From: Mizuhopecten yessoensis
Taxonomy: Eukaryota
DNA length: 64,000 nucleotides
Direction: 5' to 3'
NCBI RefSeq assembly: GCF_002113885.1
Contig: NW_018407082.1
Location: 762,490-826,489 of the forward strand
In this document: piece by piece, positions 57,810-64,000 of the stretch
Position numbering within the stretch: position 1 is the stretch's first letter
Layout: every line of letters starts with the position of its first letter
Position numbers and translations under genes: made by a program
The notes under the pieces: generated by a model
The model's input: the letters and a program-made list of their open reading frames with translations, nothing else
What the model was told of the DNA's origin: nothing
Database searches by the model: none

Positions 57810-58939
57810 ATGTGACTAGACATAAAATGATGTACATGTATTAGTTTATGAAACTCTCAAGACTTTTAAATATTAAGTGATACATGAAATTTTCAAGATT
57901 TCATATTCACCTATCCTTGAACTATGCATAATATCTGAATGCAACTGATGAGAAATGAAATAGATACTAAGGTAGTTATATAGTAATTTAGCTGTATGTT
58001 TATGTAGCTGTGTGTAGTCAGTATGTAAGCTAGGAACCTACATAGGTTTAGTCTGTACACATTCAAGTCAGAATTATTCGCATCATTCTGTGATTTTCGT
58101 AAACAGGATTGATTATAATGTTTGAAATTTGATTTTAACAGTAAGGAAACATATTAAACTAGCTAAACATGATTGATATGATGGTGTTGAATTTTGCACC
58201 TTCTTTGCCAAACATTTTTATGAGTTGAAAGTTAATTTCAGCCTCTATAATAATTTTTTTGTCACAATAGATAAACCCCAATATATAGATAAACCCCAAT
58301 ATCTCCAATACTTTAAGTCCGCCTCAAGTCGAGTTTGAACTTACATCTCCATTTAAATCATGTAAAAAAATAAATTTGGGAATAGCCCCATGTGAATTTC
58401 AGAATGTTGGCGTAATTGCAGCTCAATTCTTAGGGAAGAGATATGGAAGTGAAGACCAAACAAGATAATCATGACTTAAATGTTGGCCTAAAACTATATT
58501 ATGGTAATTGTAACATGTCCCGACAAAAATGCATGGTTCTTGAAACATGCCTTAGATCTCTTTAATATACAGATTCTTGTTCATACGGGTCAGATTTTGT
58601 ATCTTTCTAATAACTTATTACTAACATAAACCCTTATCTAACACTTGGAAGCTTGTGGCATCACCAGTACCTCATACAGGTTACACAACATTCTCCTCCT
58701 GTAGTCACGGTTTTCCAGTCATAAACAAATAGGCTCATTGTTCAGCCCACCCTATTTAAAAACAATACACACCAGTGACTTATATGATACAAGCATGTCT
58801 TGTTCATTAAATTTAGGGAAAACATTTTGTATTAGTTTTACCATTTTATCAACTGCTAAAAGATTAAAACATAAAACCACTCTGAAAAGCATCGGTCATG
58901 CAGAACTTGTGTGTTGGTACAATTGCAGTGGTTGTTCCA

Positions 58940-59150
58940 TTGTGGGTAATTGTTCCAAAAGTAGCTGATGCATTATGGGTATGCATCTCAAAAGTAGCAG
59001 ATTCATTGTGGGTATGTGTTCTGAAAATAGTCAATGCATTCTTAATGCTTGTCCCAAATAGAGCTGATGAATTGTGAATATGTGCCCAGAAAATAGCATA
59101 TGCATTGTGGGTATGTGTCTCATAATTAGTTGATGCATTGAGAGTATGCA
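58940..59150. repeat. Degenerate ~33-bp tandem repeat in the putative 3'UTR
   Basis: AAAAGTAGCTGATGCATTGTGGGTATGTGT-like units. Confidence 0.6.
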
Positions 59151-60824
59151 TATAGAAAAAGAAATGTTACATTATGGGGTTGTATTGCATTGGTTAAATA
59201 CAAAAAGATTATTGAAACTTGCATATCAGTGTTTACAAGCACATGTCGCAAACATACAATATTTTGCAGTTGTATAGGGCTATTTTTTATTAGAGTGTAT
59301 ATGGTTATTTAACATAATTAGATAAATTGATTTGTAATATTGCACTAGTCATATTTTTTTAACAAAGTACTGTATACCCATAAAATGTTAATTTTATAGA
59401 AATATTTAATCATCCATCACAATTATTGTTGACACGAAGGTAAATCTGCTGGATCACCTTATTATGATGTAGACTACAATGATCTTTAAAGACATCAGTG
59501 AATTGAGCTGTAAACATAGATTTTAAAAGGGAGTTTGAGGCTAAAACAAATTAAGGGAGTTTGAGGCTAAAACAAATTCTAAATTTCTAGTTCTCTTTAC
59601 ATAGAGACCACTTGGGAAGGGAGTCTTCATCCATTGCTTAAATTCTTAACATTTCTTTTGATATGATTTATATTTTTGTTGAAGCCAGAACACTAAACAT
59701 AAGACATGGGAAGTTTTAGTGCGATATCCTGAATTAGTTTGATTGTGAATGTTTTTTCTCTCCCTACGTCACATGTGTTTGACTGTGCCTTACCCTCAGT
59801 GTAACAGCTGCTCGGTCAGGATTTGTCTTTTCCTTCTATTGTAAACCTTTGTTATACTAGAAGCGGTAAAGTACATTTTCTCATGATTGTCAGTCATATA
59901 CTTTTTTTTTTTCAAGTAGGCTTTTTTTGCTTAAATGAGTTTTATTAAATGTTATGAAATACAATTCTGTTTTGCTGGAGGATTAAAAATTATTTAAGAT
60001 AGAAAATGATCATTCAGATAAACAAACTATTAAAACAATATTGTCTTCATTTCATTTTGGTTGTGTTCAGCATAATATACAATGCATGTTCAAATCTAAA
60101 ATGTTTAGTTCTGTTATTGTGGTTATCCTTGAGTTTGATTCAAATCGCAGAAAGTTTTTTTATCTAAACATACATAAAACTCACTATTGTACAACTTGAA
60201 AATCTTCAAAGTGTGATGTATATGTTCAAAGATGCATATATTTGAATTTAAAGTTAGTGACACATTCTTACTACAAAAAAGTGCTTGATTTTATAATATA
60301 TAATTAGTATTACCGTAATAGTCTAATATACAGGTATAAACAAGACACATCAGCATGGAAGAGTTGTCTTTCCCTGGTTCAGATGCAAATGCCAGGTTTT
60401 TATTACCTGATGCTATAGGTACACTGGTTAGTGAAGAGTTATCTTTCCTTGTGACTAAATTTAACACAGGTTTGCCATCAATATTGGTCATCTTTTTTTC
60501 ATAATTTAGAAATATTTAAAGTGTCCATATGTATACACCGAGCACCTTCCTTGCAGGCCCTGGGTCTGTTATTGATGTAACATTAATATGTACTGCATTT
60601 CATTGTTAATTAAGCTGCATACTTCAAGGATACTATGGTTTGTTGTGTATACCGGTACTAGGAACCGTTTAACCAATGTTAATGTACAGTACTTAACATG
60701 TATATATCATTTTTAAACAATTTTTAATGTGAAGCATTTGTACATTGTAATTTATGTGTTTATTATAAACATGAACTTTTAAGTATCAACTCCTGAAAGA
60801 AAACCTTTTTTTCAGTTCAATTTT

Positions 60825-60830
60825 AATAAA
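60825..60830 (+). terminator. Candidate poly(A) signal for the full-length transcript (implies ~4.3-kb 3'UTR)
   Basis: AATAAA followed by a T-rich downstream tract; other AATAAA hexamers occur near 57583 and 61566. Confidence 0.35.
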
Positions 60831-61266
60831 GACTGGCTCTTCAGTTTTATTGCTTCTATTACTTTGCATATTTATTGTTTTCTATCTATGTATAAGAAAT
60901 TTTTATCATAATGAACTCCCCTTGATGCGGTTACCGTATGAAGGTGACTTGTTCATGCGGAATATGTTGTGAGGTGTTCAAACCTTATGCAAGTGTGTAT
61001 CCAATGTTCCTTTGTGTGTCCTCATGTCCTCATCAAATCCTCGGTGAACATTTGTTAACTACCCGTTTACATTATTTTAGTGTGCAAGTGTTTGTGTGCA
61101 ATGAAGGCTATTTACAGTCACAGAAAGAACGAAATCAGATAAGTCAACAATGTGAAGTCTTGCTTTTGACAAAATATACAGAACAAAAAAAAATCGAATT
61201 GTCTAAATTCTGCCTCTGAATTTAAGCTGAAATAATTTTGAGGATATTTTGATTTAAGATGTTTGA

Positions 61267-61356
61267 TTAATCCTTTCATCACTGTAGACCATAATGAACT
61301 CATCCAGATCAAAGCATAGTAGAGTCTACTAAGTTACAAAGGGGTGAAAGATTGAA
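61267..61356 (+). mobile_element. piggyBac-like MITE, family A, diverged copy
   Basis: Shares cactgtagaccataatg.actcatccagatca...gtagagtct with 21071-21161. Confidence 0.7.
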
Positions 61357-64000
61357 AAACAGAACAGGAAAGTTATTATTGGTGGTGTAAAGGCAAAGCT
61401 TATTTCGCAATTGAAAAATGTGTACAGACTTATTTAGAGTTGTATGCTTATTTTAGACTTTATTATTGCATTTATATGTGCCATTGAATATAAAAACAAA
61501 GAGAATGCAATAGCTCTCTTTCCTTGTTTTACATGGATACTTCATAAATCAGTCCTAAAGATTTCAATAAAACAATACTTTATTGAAAAATCATTGTTCT
61601 AGTTTATATAATAAAATCTATGGGCTTCAATTGAAATCCATATATGGTACATAATACAGCTAGAGATCGCTTAACTTTGATATGATAGGGTGCAAAAACG
61701 GATTAGTCTAGTTATCAGAAAAAGAGGATTCTATTGTATGAAAAATATCTAATTTAAGCAGTAATTTTTGTAAGGAAATTGATATGGATGTTATTTATGT
61801 TAAAAAGGGTCATTTCAAATTAAGATAATGGGAATTGATCCTAATGATAACTGAGTTTGAATTCTTTCAATACAGCTTTAAGATTTGACGGGTGGGTATC
61901 TATATTTAAATAAAATGGTCATCAGACTTAATTGTATACATGTGCAGTCGAATTCATGCAAAATTAATCTAGCAACTTTGTAAATGTAAGTGATTGGAGC
62001 TATAGACCAAACAAACGAAAATAGAAAAAAGTATTATTATAATATATACACACTATACAGTATACAGAGAGGAAATATTTGCCCTTACTATACAGATTGA
62101 CGGAGTTACTTCCCTTACTAAACAGATTTTACGAAGTTACTTCCCCTTAACATTGGTGCTGACATGTAATATAGGTTATTTAACCGTTTGTATTTTCTCG
62201 TATAACTTCTGTATATGTTATAGTATTTAACACTATTGTCACATGTGTATCTCCTGAATATAAATAAGATAACCCCCATCGTCCACTGGGATGTCATAGC
62301 CACACATGTGGCTTATGTATGTGTGGTTCTGTCTGTTGGTGGGAGTGTACGATAGAGGAGACATCTTTTTAGCGGATGCCTGCTGTAACAAATGGCATTC
62401 CTCTCAGAACCCCCCCCCCCAACAAAGATGGCTTCTGTCAATGTCTATACCATACCCTTTGGATCAGTATTTCTGTTTCACTTGCACTATACTGTTCAGG
62501 AAGTGTCAGTTTATAATGTCAAAATTTGTTACATTTGCTCAATACATCAGTGTGGGCCTACATTAATCACCATCACTATAGAATATGTACAAAGATTGTA
62601 TCTTAAATCGCTTAAGTACAATGTATCAAGACCCTTCAGAGTTGTGTATTGTTCCGCCTAATGCATATACTTATACCAGGAAATTTACAGTGAAACTCTT
62701 AAGCAGCAATCTTGATAATCGGGAAAAATTTCATTCCACACTTATATTTAGAAACTAGATTACAGTGTAAGTAAAACGATTTCTTTCTTTCTTTTTTATT
62801 TTATACTGATCAAGACTTAGGCTCCAATTAAATGTATTACAGCTATAAGTGTACATATCACATAGTGTACAGATTTGATGTGTACATGTGTATTAAAAAG
62901 TGTGGACTATCGAGGTTGTTTATTATATTCCCGTCATCTACCAACAACATGTTCCATCAGTCTGTGTTATGTACATATTCATTTCCCTGTAGTTATTGTA
63001 CATGTGAAGATACAGTGAATGAAAATATCCAGACTAACGAGGTTCCCCTGAACATGCCTGTCATCATTCTACAAGATTCACCTATTTGTCTGGTGTACAT
63101 ATTCTGTGTAATAATTGTACAGTGAATATCTCCTCTAAAAAGTCCATTTAGAACTAGTACAAACACCCTCTTAGTGTAAATTAACTAATTTTGTACACCT
63201 CTAGACTTATCATGTATAATACAGTATGTACAGATTTTGTACACCTCTGCTTCCATTGTACACTTATGTACTTGCATTGTTCTTATCATATGTATTCATG
63301 CCATATCAGAAACAAAGGTGTAGAAATAAAGAAAATCCATCAAATATACACCATTGTGTCAAGTTATTTATTATTTGATAGTTTATTTGGGTAATGGTAA
63401 TGGGGATGATACAACCAGCCAGTGATTCAAACCTGGGACCTTTCTTTTTTCACTCGGCTTACAAAATGATCACATATCATATTCTCACTGACCAGTGAGA
63501 GATTATCTCGGAAAGAAGGGTACACTCAAAGTCTTAGCCTTGGGCTTTTACTTTAAAGAATGCCTTTCCTCCGTCATATCCTATGGAACACTTGAAAGGA
63601 GTCGGGTCACATAATGCCACTCTCATACTCAAACACACGGTAAACCATAACTTGTAACTTACAGAAATTCTTGCTAATAGTCAAAGAAAGTAAAAAGTAA
63701 AAATTGGAATGGCACTCCATTGCAAGTTTAGGCTAGCAATGTGAAAATATGAAAGTTTAAAATGTACTTTCCCACAAAAAATAGGAAATGTGCTTGAGCA
63801 TAAACACTGTACTGAGTTTGAGCACCAGAACTGTTCATACAGTCTAGAAGGTGATTCCTGCTTTCGAATAGGGACATGCAAACATAATTAACATCAGAAA
63901 TATTAAAGCTAGATAGAATAAGTATGGAATTCATCAATAGTAATCATGACATTCAGATAATAAACACATTGTATCATGATAAAGACAGAATGTAAGGGCT

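Noticed and set aside
57000-64000. Short ORFs downstream of the FARP stop
   Set aside because: Low-complexity AT-rich translations (F/I/L/Y/C-rich) with no domain signatures or coherent exon chain

Overview
AT-rich eukaryotic genomic DNA with small N gaps. The repeat types (HINE/Helentron-like, CORE/V-SINE-like, TTAA MITEs) suggest an invertebrate, probably a bivalve mollusc; this is inference. The window holds the 3' part of one + strand gene, a FARP1/FARP2 (CDEP; FERM-FA-DH-PH-PH) homolog. I traced 20 phase-consistent GT-AG exons from the end of the FERM C-lobe (6658) to the stop (56494), about 856 aa; the 5' FERM exons lie upstream of the window. The most unusual features are isoform-level. 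(1) The exon after the FA domain can read through its weak donor into a 3.9-kb open extension (stop 15379), predicting a FERM-FA plus ~1300-aa disordered, motif-rich protein without DH/PH domains. (2) Three frame-preserving microexon candidates (15, 36 and 12 nt), two of which look like duplicates ending in KDK. (3) A candidate internal first exon (38630-38687) that would give the complementary FERM-less DH-PH-PH protein. Introns carry HINE-like elements with central tandem arrays, piggyBac-like MITEs, a Kolobok-like MITE with an internal tRNA-like module, Crypton-like hairpin elements, SINE fragments and several satellites. None of the isoforms is verified with transcript data.
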